A DNA stretch of 64,000 nucleotides, taken from the NCBI GenBank assembly GCA_010093605.1, contig MU004195.1, forward strand, positions 434,001 to 498,000, written 5' to 3'. Under the pieces are notes generated by a model. It did not search any database and had not been told where the DNA came from. It saw only the letters and a program-made list of their open reading frames with translations. The stretch is from Lophium mytilinum (Eukaryota). Below, in pieces: positions 37,641 through 51,698 of the stretch. Position 1 is the stretch's first letter. Every line of letters starts with the position of its first letter. Both the position numbers and the translations under genes were made by a program.

Positions 37641-38182
37641 ACGGCGTGTCTCTCGACTAGCCTGCCACAAACCAGCAACCCTCATCTCCTCCAAGACCTA
37701 CTCGCAGCAGGAGATCGTCCCCACACGGCACTATTTAGAGCTCGTAATATCCGGACAAGTATGCGGATAGTTGAGAAGATACGGACAGCTGGGGAGATGC
37801 GCACAGCTCCGCAAAAGCAGAAAGCGGCAGAAAGACCTCCGTGAAACCACAAGGCGAAGACAGCAGTCAAGTGCACGCGCAAGACCGCAAAACCTTCAAC
37901 TGCCTCCTCAAACGGACTAACAAGGTCAAAAAGGCGCGACATATCAGATCGGCAACAGCGAAAGAAGCTACGAAGCAGTGCGGCAGTAGGGGCAAAGGTG
38001 GGACGGAGGTTAAGAATATAGCGAATGTAAACCAGTGGCATGTCCTAGGTATGTTATTTTCAAACATGGCGTTACCGGCACGATGTATTGTATCTAGGGT
38101 ATGAAGGGATGAATTTCAGGTCCCGTCCATTACCAAAATCAATATCTATACCGGCCACATGTGTTTCCGACCTCGCTTTCAT

Positions 38183-40894
38183 CACGTGTCCCACGTGCCC
38201 TTGCTGCAAATCTCCTATAAAACCCTCTCCTCCCTCGACCAGATTCCTTCTCCATGGGTTCGGTCCTCTCGAGGATCAAAAGAAGATCTCAGGGTACATC
38301 ATGGTGCTGGGGGTGGGAGATCGAAAACTAGGTTTTCAGCATGTGATGGTGGCTGTTGCGGTCTGGGTGTGCAAAATAGCGAAGACACAAGCCATGGAGG
38401 AGCGAGTCGGCGGTGTCTCCAGCCCAGTGATGATGATGTCTCGCAAAAGAGCTAGATGCAGCTTTTCTCCAGCAGCCAATTCGATAAAGGAGAAAGAAGA
38501 GCCCTACGAGTGATGTCGAGCAGCATCGTATAGCAATCGCGAGGAAGCCGGACGCAGGCACCGACTCCACTCGGCCATTTTACGGCTATCCAACTGGTTT
38601 TGCTCACACATGTAAGGTCTGGGCGCATTGACTCCACTCGATCATCAGACACTCGAGGCTATCGTTTTGCTCCCACCATTATTGACCATGTCCGCCGTTT
38701 TTCAAACACCCCATTTCCACGCCTCGACGACGAACTGAAGAGGGGTAAGAGGTGGGAGGTAGAGGTTTTATACCCGCCAGAAGACGTTTGGAGCTTGAGG
38801 GCACGTGGGGACCATGTGCTTTGAGAAATGTAACCGGATGAACGATGTCGTCATGGGCCTATTCGATGCAGAAAGACTGGGAAAGGGGGTTGTCACGTGT
38901 GCCACGTGCACGCCTTCCTGGGACTTCCTATAAAAGCCTCTATGCCTCTCGTCTCGACATCTTCTGCAGCGGGGTAGGCTTCTTTAGGAGGAAAAACGTC
39001 GATGAACTTCAACCATGGTTCTGGCGGTGGGAGATCAAAGCTTAGGGCCAATCACCCCATGGAGGTGTGTTGGGTCTGTGGAGCAGAAGCTGGAAGGCCA
39101 GACTTTCAATGAAGGCGTGTCGGAGTACGCAAAAGCCTGGTGATGACGTGTAGCAAAAAGAGACGACGCCGCTCTGATTCATCCTAGAACGAAAATAGAG
39201 AGGGAAGGTAGTTAGAGATGCTGGAGAGCAGCAGCAGCTCGTAGTAAAGGGGCTGCGACACGCGCTCCCGACCGCCCAGCCATCAATGGCTTGCTCTTCA
39301 ATTTTTGCTCCCCCATGGAAGACATCGTTAAGGAGGTCTTAAATTCACCCTTGCCTCACGTCGAATAGAGAACGAACAACCCCATCAGCGCGATCTTGGG
39401 GTTTTATACCCAGCAGCAGGAAGCCCAAGCGTGACGCTCACGTGCATGTCACCTGCCCACATTCGTATCTTTCGCATCTTACCATGAGAGACCTCCTTCC
39501 AAAAATGCCGTCCAGCAGACCGGTGGGGAGAGCGAAATCACGCGTCCCACGTGCCTCCCACCTCCCACATCCTATAAAACCTCCCCTTCCACGCAGCAAC
39601 TTCTTCTGCAGCGGGCCTTGTTCTTCTCAGAATCAAATATGCTTGAGCGGGATAAGATGGAGGAGGATCAACGATCCCAAGAAACGAGGCCATGGTCCGG
39701 TGGGAGGTCAAAATCATCTACCCGGACTATTATCGTTCGGCGGTGTTCTCGAAAAAAGTTGCTGGGGAGTCCTTACATGGAGGGGTGCGCTGCGGGAGGG
39801 CTGATGGTGGCTAGCAGTATCTAAGGTTGCTGGTGGGGATTAGCAGGGCTAGGAGATAAGAATGAGGAAGTTGAAGGAATAGTGGAGCGCAGCAACGCGA
39901 GGTGGTAAGAAGGTGGACACTCCGCGCGCCCATGGGCAATGTTGGAGCGATGTTTTTGCTCCCACCATGGCACGGCGAGGCGCTACAATCTGTTTTACTC
40001 CCCCGAGTGCACACCTTGTTGAAGCACGGAAGAGAATAGGAGAGCAGAAGAGAGGTTTTATACCCATCAACAGCCAGGCACGCGGTAGGGCTTTGAGACC
40101 ACGTGAGAGCCACGTGCTTCCGCTTACTGCAACCTGCTTTGGTCTGTGCTGCTCAGGTATTCTACATCTTGGGAACGAGCGTGACCGATCACGCGCCTTA
40201 CGTGCCCCCCTTCCCTCCATCTACTATAAAACCCCAACCTCCCTCGCAGAAACTTCTTCTCCAGCGGGATTTGGGTCTCTGGAGGAGCAAAATCGGGCTC
40301 TCCACGCTCGAATGGATCTGGGGTAGAGATTAAACCAACGATCGTTACTGCAGCATGGCTGGAGGCTGTGGGTTGGTGCAAAACAAGTAACACCGGGTGC
40401 CTATGGCCGGGATCGGATTGAACTCGGAAACAGAGAGACGCGATGGAGGAGTGCTTGTAATGTTGTAATAATGGTTAGCATTGTCTATAGGTGTCAGTGG
40501 TCTTCAAAAGCGTTAGAGGGTTGAATGGCGTAAAGAGGATATTGTGGTTTTCGTGTTTACCGAGGGAGGTTTCCAAAGAGTAGATGGAGAGAATGATAGA
40601 CATCATCAGCAGCCTGAGATGGCGATCGGTGACGACGAGCGGATGACGCTGGCTCAGCAACCAGCAACCAGCCACCATGATATCCCATCGCTTGCCTGTT
40701 TGATCCAGCACGCGGGAGTCCTCCATCATTCTTGTCTGGGCGGATTTTGCTCCCCAGCTTCCCACATGCGTCGCCTGGCAGGAACCTTTAGATATCCTCG
40801 GAATTGCCCTTTGATGGACAAAGATCCGAGGGGTGGAAAAGGTCTTATAGCTAGCGGACAACCGATGGGAGGGTCTGTGCTCGGAATGCACGTG
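38183..40894. repeat. Cassette cluster 4: eight alternating promoter/repeat-spacer cassettes
   Basis: TATA at 38216(+), 38772(-), 38929(+), 39408(-), 39573(+), 40062(-), 40225(+), 40849(-). CACGTG at 38183, 38192, 38802, 38894, 38903, 39439, 39548, 40100, 40111, 40889. 23-nt spacers at 38278-38300 and 38323-38345. Confidence 0.88.
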
Positions 40895-41179
40895 CAGGTC
40901 AGGCGGTTCGTGTGTTGAAAACGAAGCATGATGAAAGGCGATACTAGGGTATGGCAAGAACTCGAAATATCGCACGCGGGATTTATGAAAGTTATGAAGA
41001 GATATGTGATTTAGACAAGAATGAAAAAAGTATATATACCACATGCCACCTAGCCATTCCTCGGTTGAGCATATTCAAAACCTGGCCTATATCCAACCAA
41101 CCCACAAACAATGCCCGCTTGCACGTACTCAGCCATCCAACTCGCACGCACAACAACTTCCCAACAAAGAACCCTATCA

Positions 41180-42343
41180 TCAGCTTCCCACCTGAACAGC
41201 ATCTCCCTTCCCCCAGTCCTCTCCCAGCACCCATACGCCCTCCTTCGCCCTTGTTCCAACTCCGCCCGCGTCCTCAAAGCGCCTCCACACGGTACTCACA
41301 ACCCTACTCCCCGGATTCGGCCGCACCTTGACGCAAACCCCACAACCTCTCCTCCCGCGCCAGACCTCCATATCAATCAACCCCCCACACGTATTCCGCA
41401 GCGTGTCGATAACCGGCGAGTTGTCGTCAGACCAAACCTGCGCGTAAGCACACTCGTCCGGGTAATACACTCTCAGCTCCAGATTCTTGAACATTGGCAG
41501 CGGAATTGGATTATTCGAGCCTGGCGTCGGGGCAGGTGGGAGAAGCGTGCGAATCAGCGACGCTATAGCCGATCTCGCGAGGACGGTTGTCGCAGCAGGA
41601 TGCGGCTGATGCTGGACGGGTCGAGGCGGGGGCGTGGGGAGGCGGACTCGGGGACGGCGACCTTGCATGTTGATTCTGAACGAGTCGGCGGCCGACATCG
41701 ATGAATCCGTGGATGAGCTTTGGGTCGAACCGCTGTCGCTGGATGAAGACATCGAGGTCGAGGCCGAAGCCGTCGAGCTTGTCGACGAGCCCGAGGAGGT
41801 GATGGAAGAGGTCGACTCCCGCGGTTTCAGCGTGTAGTACCCGCAGATATGCACGCTGCGCGCCTGGCGCAGCAGACTCGGATACAGCGCTTTTAGCACT
41901 AGCAGGCCGTATGGGTAGCTTGTGTATAGAGAAAGCCCTGAGTTCGCGTTCTTCGGCGCGCGGAAGCGGATGTGCTCGGCGACTTCTGCGTTTATCTGGC
42001 GGCTGGTCTGCAGCAGCGCGAAGGAGGTGGGGTGGGGCAGGCCGCTGTGGCCATTGGATCCACGCTCTTGGGGTTTATCGACCGAGATGGGGTTGGTGAT
42101 GGAGAGCAGCGACGCGTCGTAGCAGCTGCGCACGACCGGGACATGGTTTGCTGGGAGCCCAGGGATCTCGTTCCGCGGTATGTAATCAGGCGCGGTGGGA
42201 TCGTCGCCGGCGACGGGGGCGCTGGTGATTGTTATGTTGTCGGGGTCTGAGAGGGCGAAGTCGTAGATAGCGAGGCGGAGCTCGGTGGGGAGTTCCAGCA
42301 GGAAAGACCGACTCGTCATATGTGGATCTGAGAGGGGTGGCAT
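41180..42343 (-). CDS. Fungal hypothetical protein with F-box-like N-terminal motif
   Basis: 387-aa ORF with SFLLELPTELRLAIYDFAL and LLQTSRQINAE, and a Ser-rich insert. Confidence 0.75.
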   Translation of the reverse strand: MPPLSDPHMTSRSFLLELPTELRLAIYDFALSDPDNITITSAPVAGDDPTAPDYIPRNEIPGLPANHVPVVRSCYDASLLSITNPISVDKPQERGSNGHSGLPHPTSFALLQTSRQINAEVAEHIRFRAPKNANSGLSLYTSYPYGLLVLKALYPSLLRQARSVHICGYYTLKPRESTSSITSSGSSTSSTASASTSMSSSSDSGSTQSSSTDSSMSAADSFRINMQGRRPRVRLPTPPPRPVQHQPHPAATTVLARSAIASLIRTLLPPAPTPGSNNPIPLPMFKNLELRVYYPDECAYAQVWSDDNSPVIDTLRNTCGGLIDMEVWRGRRGCGVCVKVRPNPGSRVVSTVWRRFEDAGGVGTRAKEGVWVLGEDWGKGDAVQVGS

Positions 42344-44369
42344 TCTGGACGAGAGGGAGATATTTGGTGAAGTGAGGCAGTGGTAGAATGTTTTGTAGTG
42401 ATGCTGGACTCGTCTGTTGTGGGGCGGTGAAAGTTTGGTTGAGTGAACGTCAACAGACTACGGCTAGCGCTTCCACCCGAGGGGAGGGCAGGTGGGTGGT
42501 GCCTGGCTCGTTCCGCAGGCAGATCCAAGCGCAGATACACCAATCGGGGCTGCTGTTTTGGCGGCGGACCTGCGGGCGTGAAACACCAGGACACCAGCTT
42601 GAGTGGCGATGGAGGACAGCAGACTTTGCAGCCAACCTCGCGAGCAGGCAGTGGTGGTGTTTCTTACAGAGAGCCACGTCGAAGTTGTCGACGCCTGGAA
42701 TGGTCACACGGTGTGAGGTGCTGATGGTCTCGACCCGTGTGCTGCCAAGCACAGTGTCATGAGGTTGAAGAGTCATCTGTTTGTTTCGTCCTCGGGCTTT
42801 CACTTCCAAGTGGGATGCATTCACTACAACATGCTCTGTGTTGCTTCCCCCTATTCATTCAGAACGGCTTATGAGCCGAGGGTGCGTTTGTTCGAGATCT
42901 TGAGGATCGAAGGTAGGTTGCCGGAAGGTTGACTTTCTAGGCATGTACACTAACAGTATTGGTATTCGACATCTACATACAATAATAAGCTGTGGTCTTC
43001 GTTATCTTCGTAAACACCATTTCGAGCTGAGAATCTTATGTCTTACGAATGGTTCGACAATATCTCCGACCGACATCTTTGGTACCAGGACTCATCAAAA
43101 TGGTAATCCCATGAACACTCTCTGTTTCATCTCTGAACGGAATCCAATTTTCGACGGAGTTAGGCATAAGTGCTCGATGACATCCACATGTGACGGATCG
43201 GAGATCTATTTACAGCAGATTCTATCCGAAGGATCGATCGGGACTTGAGAATCGCTCAAAATAATTTTCTCTTCGTCAATGCCCCAATCAGAGCCGACTG
43301 AGCCCAAAAATCAGACAAAGGAAGAGGCCCTACGTCGAAATCGATTTCGCCCCAACGGCGCCTTCTATCCCAACGAAAGCGAACTACGGTAATACCATCG
43401 ATAGAATGTTTAAGTTGTTCTAGAAACGGTAAGGTACAAATTCAGAGAGTTGTGGGAACAAGGGTAGACACCATCAATTGGACATTGAAATCAAGAGATC
43501 ATACAGATGCATACGGTATCCTCTGCATCCTCCGATAAAAAGACGACTATGTTGAGTGCCGGGGCAACAGCTCACCGATCCCACGACACAGTCCAAGCAG
43601 CATACTCCCCGTTTTCAATCCTCGAGCCTGGAATTCCATCAACCCGATCACTCAACAATGGTGCCTGCTCATAATACATTGCAGCATTTCCCTAGCGTTC
43701 TCATAATTCATAAGGTTTCGCTCATCAATCCTGCTGTCGCGTGTCGACGGTATGATAGAGCGAGTTCTACTTGAGGTGAATGCTGACAAAATACTGACTA
43801 TGAGATTGAGCGTACTCCCTTCCAACAAAGTTAGCGTTGAGCTTGTTTTATTAAGTGACTTGACATCACATAGAAGTGTCTGTGTTCTGTGCGTGGAGGA
43901 ACAAGATCTCGAAGATACACCTGCCGCCTAGCGCATGTTGGTCGCCGAAAATCTCAGGGTACATCTCAAGGTACATCCTTAGACCATTCAGTGTACTTCC
44001 AAAGCTTCAAATAGCCGCTTCAGAGAGCAGACTATATCCAGGTGCATACGAAGACCAATCCAGAAGGAAAACCCCATTTAGCATAGATCTCATACTCATC
44101 ACTTATTAGCCATGTCATGGTATATCAAGTAAAGACGTCGTTTGAGCGTTTTAAACGTATATTATGAATACGAACCGAGAGGTACTCGTAGCAGAGCAGC
44201 TACATCTCCTGGCCCTTTCCCGGACTCAAGCAACCCCAACAATCCTCGCTGCCCGGACCAATAGCATCCTCCCATGGGAACATCACCGACTCCAATAACC
44301 CGCGGACAAAGAAAGCAGGCGTCCCAGTTGCCTCCGTCATTACCCCAATAGTCCCCAACCTATCCCCAT

Positions 44370-44703
44370 CTACCTCATCGAGAAATAATGCGCCCTAGCC
44401 ATCGCCGCGTCCGCCTTTGCCTGATGGTTACTCCGCGGGCTTCCGACTTTGGTTTTCGATGCTGATTGTGATTGGACAGATTGTGGTTGGGCTACTATGC
44501 TGATCGTCAGTCCTGTGGTTGCCTGAGAGATGACGCGTGTGCTTACCTGGCCGGCCTTTTTCTGTCACCTGGACAGTTGCCTTTCCGTCTTTACTTGCGA
44601 GAGAAGTATTGGAAGGGTTGTAGGCTGGAGGTGCGCCCGAGGTGCTGTAGCGGGGAGCAGATTCTTGTTGGTTTGTGGATTGGGTTGTGAAGTTAGGAGA
44701 CAT
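44370..44703 (-). CDS. Small fungal hypothetical protein
   Basis: ATG 44703, PPAY motif, GTAAGC donor at 44546, second exon ends AMARAHYFSMR-TAG. TATA-like element at ~44885. Confidence 0.5.
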
Positions 44704-45957
44704 GATGGTTAGGTATTGACGGCGAGTCGCTTCGAGGTGGTTCGAAATTGTAGCTGAGTTGATATGATGAATGGAGAAGTTTTCGAATTGTTTGAATTAT
44801 CTGAGTTCAATTGGGAGATGTAGAAGGATGATTGAAGACTGCCGAGCTGGATGGATGATTTGAGTTCTTACTTCCTCCCTTCCTTATATATACACAATTC
44901 CTACCATCGACAGCGGCTGACTCAAACGTACATACAGTCGGAATGCCTGATCTGACTCCTCCTCGCCCTTCTGCAGCTCGGAGCAAAGCAGCCAAACTAA
45001 GCTCGTAGATCCTTCTATATGCTAGGGCTCAATGACACCATTCGCGTCACCACGTGGAGATGCCTTGCTATTACGCGTTTCAAGACATTTCGGAGTAAAG
45101 AATATGGCTTGATTTATTACACCGAGGGTAGGATTCGTAAGGTTGGTGATGATCAATCTATTCCGACGTCTACTCCGAAGGATTTTGGTCCGAGAACACC
45201 AACCTAATTTGAACTGCAAACAGTTGTTCGCGGAGTCATAAGGGCGGCATGATACGATATACGGTAGGATAGGAGACAGTTGGCACTTTGTTGATGGACT
45301 GAAAATCTGTTCCGATGGATGACATGGGTTCGGGGGTTGTCTGGAGGTGAGAGGCGGGAAGTCTACAGCGAAGATTCTCCGCTCCTTCATCTACAAGCCT
45401 GCTTCATCAACTTTCATTATCTTTCATCGACTTTTATCGCGACTTCCATCGCTACTTTCAATGCTACTTTCGTCGCTAAGTTCTTCCCTTTTTATTGCAT
45501 GACCTCTGCCTTTTTCTTTTTATTATGTTCACCACATCTCGTGTTGCGACCAAGTGTGAGATACTTTGTCCTCGCCGCAAGATAGGCCTACGGCTACCTC
45601 GTATTCAAAATATGTGTATACACTTGCACTCCATGTGCTCTTTCAACCTTACCTACAGAACATGGAGTGACTTGGATGACTTCCTTGGGTCAGAAAAATC
45701 CGGTACCTACAGATGAGGTCTCCAAAATGCGACCACGAGGGCTGTGCATCGTGATAGCGATGCGGCACAGTTACACAGCCCTGAGCCAAATCATGGCACA
45801 GTGGTAAGTTGCCTTCTTGCTCTCGACGTAAAGTCTGCACCTCTCCCAATCTATTCTTGTCTTTTCGCTCCGAAAATCCCGCATGTTGCATATATCGTAA
45901 ATTCCCGAAGTCGCAGCAGGTTTTGCACAACAAGGTCGTATATTGGTCGACCACATA

Positions 45958-46846
45958 ATGGAAACCACCACCCCAAATCCACACGATAGTATCGTCTTCA
46001 GCGAAGCATCTCACTCGAATCCTCGCGAATCTAGTCTTCTTCCCAAAAGTACACCGGACCCAACCACCTCTTCTAGAATCTTGACCCAACCTCAAGATTT
46101 CGACAGCGAACCCCAGTGGCTCCCGCCGGGCTTTGACAAAGAGAGCCAAAAGAACAAGGTCCAAATCCGACCCGCATACCTTTTACTCATCGCAGTTGCA
46201 GTAGTACTAGCCATGGCGCTTGTGGGTGGCTTAGCCGGTGGGTTGACTGCAAGGCGACATAAAAGTGAAAGTAAGGAGGAGATGATAGCCGTGCAATCGG
46301 TAGGCGTGTCTTCGACAGTGTAAGATACGCCTCTACCTCTCTTTGTCCTTTCCTTGACCAAAAAATAGAGAGCTGATACACAATACACCACTGCCTTCCC
46401 AATCCAAACCATCGGCGACGTCGCGCTCCTTAACAACATCCGCATCCTTGACTACCTCCACATCCACACCAACACCCACCTACGTCACTTCTGGCACAAC
46501 TGGCATGGCCGAGCTTCCCTGCCCTTACGACACCAGCGTCCCTTATCTCGAATCAACTACCCGAACCTCGTTCAACGTCAGCTGCGGCACCGATATGCCA
46601 GAATGGATGACCGGGGCCAATGGCTTCCACGTTCATGATGATTCGCGCTTCGTTGCCTATACACTGGAAGATTGTCTCGAGAAGTGTGCTGTTACCCCCA
46701 AGTGTGCCGCTGCCGCTTACGGGGCAAATTTGACTGAATTGGTAGAGGTGCGAGGAGGGACTGGGAATTGTTTTCTGAAGAACTCGACGGTGACGCAGCC
46801 GGTGGGAAGTTTTGGATGGATGATCACAGCGATGAGGAACCCATGA
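45958..46846 (+). CDS. Single-pass membrane protein with C-terminal Cys-rich apple/PAN-like domain
   Basis: TM LLLIAVAVVLAMALVGGLAGGL, S/T stalk, FNVSCGTD...TLEDCLEKC...CAAAAY...NCFLKN. Probable intron from ~46320. Confidence 0.65.
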
Positions 46847-47411
46847 TGGAAGTGTGGTGGGTGTGTGTGTGGTGTTCCGCAATATACATCGAGCTGGTCA
46901 CCCGTCATCGTAGGAGGTACTGGTTCCTATCGATACAGTTGACTTTTCCGCCGAAGTCGTTTCGACACTCAAAGTGTTCGGTAGCGACCGGGGGTCATAT
47001 TAGTGCTCTTACGCGCAGCACTCTATCGGGGATCAAGTTCACTACAAGCGTTCATTTAACAGCGTTGTAAGAAAGTGGAGGCATAGAAAGAGGGAAGGAA
47101 GGAGGGCTCATCGGTCACTTTCGACAAGTATTAGATTTAACGAGCATTTAGCTGGACAGGTAATAAATAGTATACCATTATCACCTAACTTACGCGACGG
47201 CATTTGATCTCCTATCCCAATCTACTCACTAGGCCTCCCACTAGTCCCGCGCTATAAGGGCATCTAGCTCCTTCACAACCCCACCACGTAACTCGGACCC
47301 GACGTCGGCATAAGCAACGTCTCCACCCAGCTCACTCTAATATTTACATCCTTACCAACGAAACCTTCCAGTTCAACCTTTGTTCCTAATATTCCAATCG
47401 TAAAACACACA

Positions 47412-47959
47412 ATGCCTCCCGTAATTCACCTAATGATCTGCAAGTTCAAAGACGAGACCCTCCCGGCCTCTCAAATCGACAACGTAAGCTACACTTCCAT
47501 CCGCATAATAAAGAGAATGATTAACCGCAGCTCCCAGATCTGCCAACGCACCCTCGCTCTCCGCACCGATTGCATCCACCCCAGCACCGGCCAACCGTAT
47601 ATCAAATCCATCCAAGGCGGGACGGATCAGAGCGTGCAAGGGCAGAATGTATGTGAACTGCCCATTATTGCTCTTTCCACACAAACCAAACCCAGTTCAC
47701 ATCCAAATCGACATCCTATCCTATCCAACCAGCAGCATCGGAGACGTATTGATTACTTTCAATTGACTAGAAAGAAATGACGCACGCCTTTATAATCGAG
47801 TTCGAGAGCGAGGAAGACCGGACGTACTTCTTGAAAGAGGACCCTGTGCATGTGAAGCACGCGGGAGAATTTGTGCCCATGATTAATAGTAAAGATGGAG
47901 ACTTTGTGGGGCTAACGTTGGATTTTGTGCCGGGGAAATTTGAAACGAAGGGGGTTTAA
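47412..47959 (+). CDS. Stress-responsive A/B barrel (Dabb) protein
   Basis: VIHLMICKFK, LRTDCIHPSTGQPYIKSIQGGTDQS, THAFIIEFESEEDRTYFLKEDPVH. Two introns. Confidence 0.88.
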
Positions 47960-48060
47960 AGATGGCAGCATACGCCCACTCAAGAACGGATAGCAAAGCC
48001 GTTAAAGAGACGGTTAATTAAACCTCACTAGAAACGACCACAACCCCAACCACCGCAGAA

Positions 48061-48984
48061 CTAGTCCTCCCTTGCCGCCCGAATGCAGCACATAGCCACA
48101 ACAATCTCATTAACCCCATTCCCTCCCTGCACATCCCCAATATACCCAACCCACCCCTTCTCCACCCTCCCCAGCGCCACCGGCGTATCTGGTGCTGTGC
48201 CAGTCAAAACCCACCGCGTCGAACAGTACAGCTGAGCGCATTGTCGAACATTAGCAAGCTGAATCCCAGTAATCTTCACGCGCTGGGGTAGGTCTCGAAA
48301 CTTCTCTCCGCGGGCCTGCTCGTTGAACCACGGAAGGCAGAAGTAGCTCTTCGTTGTCTTGCCATAAGCCCACGGAAAGCCGAAAGTGTTTTTGGAGAAG
48401 GTTTCGTTTGGCGTTTCCGGCTGAAGCTGAAGTGCCCCATCAGGATAGCGATTCCGCCGCTTTTGACGTAGAGGCCGACTGCTTTGGTGACGGCGCGGTG
48501 GGAGGGGAGGGTTGGGTGATGGCGCGGTCTGTTATGAGAATCGCTGCGGTGTGGTTGGATTGCAGGTAGCTTCGGGCGTCCGTGGGGGTTTAGATGTGTT
48601 TGATGGGATAGTATGTGATGAGATCGCGGAAGAGGCGTGTCTATGATGCGTTCTCGCGGTCTTCAGCGCCGTGTCCATCGCGGTCCAAGGAGTGGACAGG
48701 ATCTCGGGAGGGAGGGATGATTCTGGCAACGGCTCGGCGACGGCAGGCTGCTTGTCAGTCAATCGTTGAGCTTCCCATCTTGCTATTTCCTCTTGCTTCG
48801 TTTCCGCCATCTTGCGCAGGACACGTTCCAGTTCTTTGTCCATTCGTTCCCTTCGTTCTTCATCCCAGTCTGGATTTGGAACATCTGGTCTCTCCTCAGC
48901 AATGTCTGCTCCATGGAACTGATGCCCTGCCTCGTGCGGTGTGGCTTGTTCTCTTTTGATTTCGTCATTCTCCTCCGTCCTCAC
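48061..48984 (-). pseudogene. Fragmented hypothetical gene
   Basis: Charged N-terminal ORF plus a conserved-looking C-terminal fragment TPVALGRVEKGWVGYIGDV...IVVAMC. I could not build an intact spliced model. Confidence 0.35.
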
Positions 48985-50237
48985 CGCGTGCTAAGAATCG
49001 GTCTCCAATTTGATCGCATCGATCGCTTACATAATTATCCTTATGTCTTGGCAGTAAAGTCCAAACGCGATTTCGAGGTTTCATCACCTCCAGCCAAATA
49101 GCTCAACAACAACACCTCGTAGCTCAAATCCGAAACCGGGAGGCGATTTGCCTAGTCGGATAGTATTTTTGAAGAAGTTTTGGAGTATTCAATCTCCCGT
49201 TTCGTTGACTTAGCGGTGGGTGTGCAGGACTCCACACCTTTTGTGACACTTTTTAGCGTGCCAAGACTGCCAAGACTTGCCTTATGGAGATGTTTCACGT
49301 GTTCTTGTAAGGCAAGTCACAGTTCCTTGCCCCCGCCAGATCCTCGCGATCCTCGCTGGAGCGGAATTTGTAAAGGGACCGCGGAGAGAAGTTAGAGAGT
49401 GGTTGAAGAGAGCTGAGGATTGTTGGGCATTGGGCGTCTGTGCGTGATGCCATGGAGACGACGCGAGAACGCGAACGAGGGGCCTGTGCACGTGACGCTC
49501 CCATTCTCCCGCTCGCCTTGTCTCCCCATTCGAACAAGCTCTTTTAGAAGGGCCCCAAACACACATTCAAACAAACCATTTCTTTCTGACAGCCACATCG
49601 GTAAATATCGAGAATAGGACTTAACGACATCAAGTCACCGCCAGGAAAGCGAGGATACACACAAGCCTTTCGAAGTCTTTCGCCAACCGGAAGTGCTTGG
49701 CCTAGAATATGGAACAATCGCACCCACCTGCATACTACCACATATAACTCGAAGACTCAACAAACCACTATAGCGATGTAGCACAAAGCCTCGCCCCCGT
49801 CACTACAAGAGGAAGGTTACAAGGATCCCTCTATGCAATCCAGACCCCGCCCTCGGCGCCACCGAAAGCCGTGATGCGACACAAGCCCTGCCCAGGAGCT
49901 TAATCCCAACAAGCTCCGAAATACTCCGACGAGCAGCACTCCACTCCTGCAGGGGTATCAATTTGTCCGAGTCTTGGTATCACCACTCTTTGCGAACATC
50001 AAGCCCTGATCACAAATACGTTTAAAGATCCAAAGTAAAGAATGAGCTCGTTATATGTATCCATCAGAAGCGAAATGCGTTATGCACAGGTAAGGAGAGA
50101 GTCTTTTAGACCATAAGAGAACGTCCCCCAACCCTCTCCCACCCTCCAGCGGTTCCAGTCAGCTATCTCATGCGTCCACGAGGAGCCGACCCAGTCCCAT
50201 CAATCACCCCTCTTGCCCCAGTCACAGATTGAGCAGC

Positions 50238-51698
<1,461 letters not shown>

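Noticed and set aside
40959..40970. 12-nt match AACTCGAAATAT to a spacer of the 30.7-kb array
   Set aside because: Matches this short are expected by chance given dozens of spacers and 128 kb of two-strand sequence.
49290..49560. Two CACGTG motifs near 49296 and 49489
   Set aside because: No properly placed TATA box or array.
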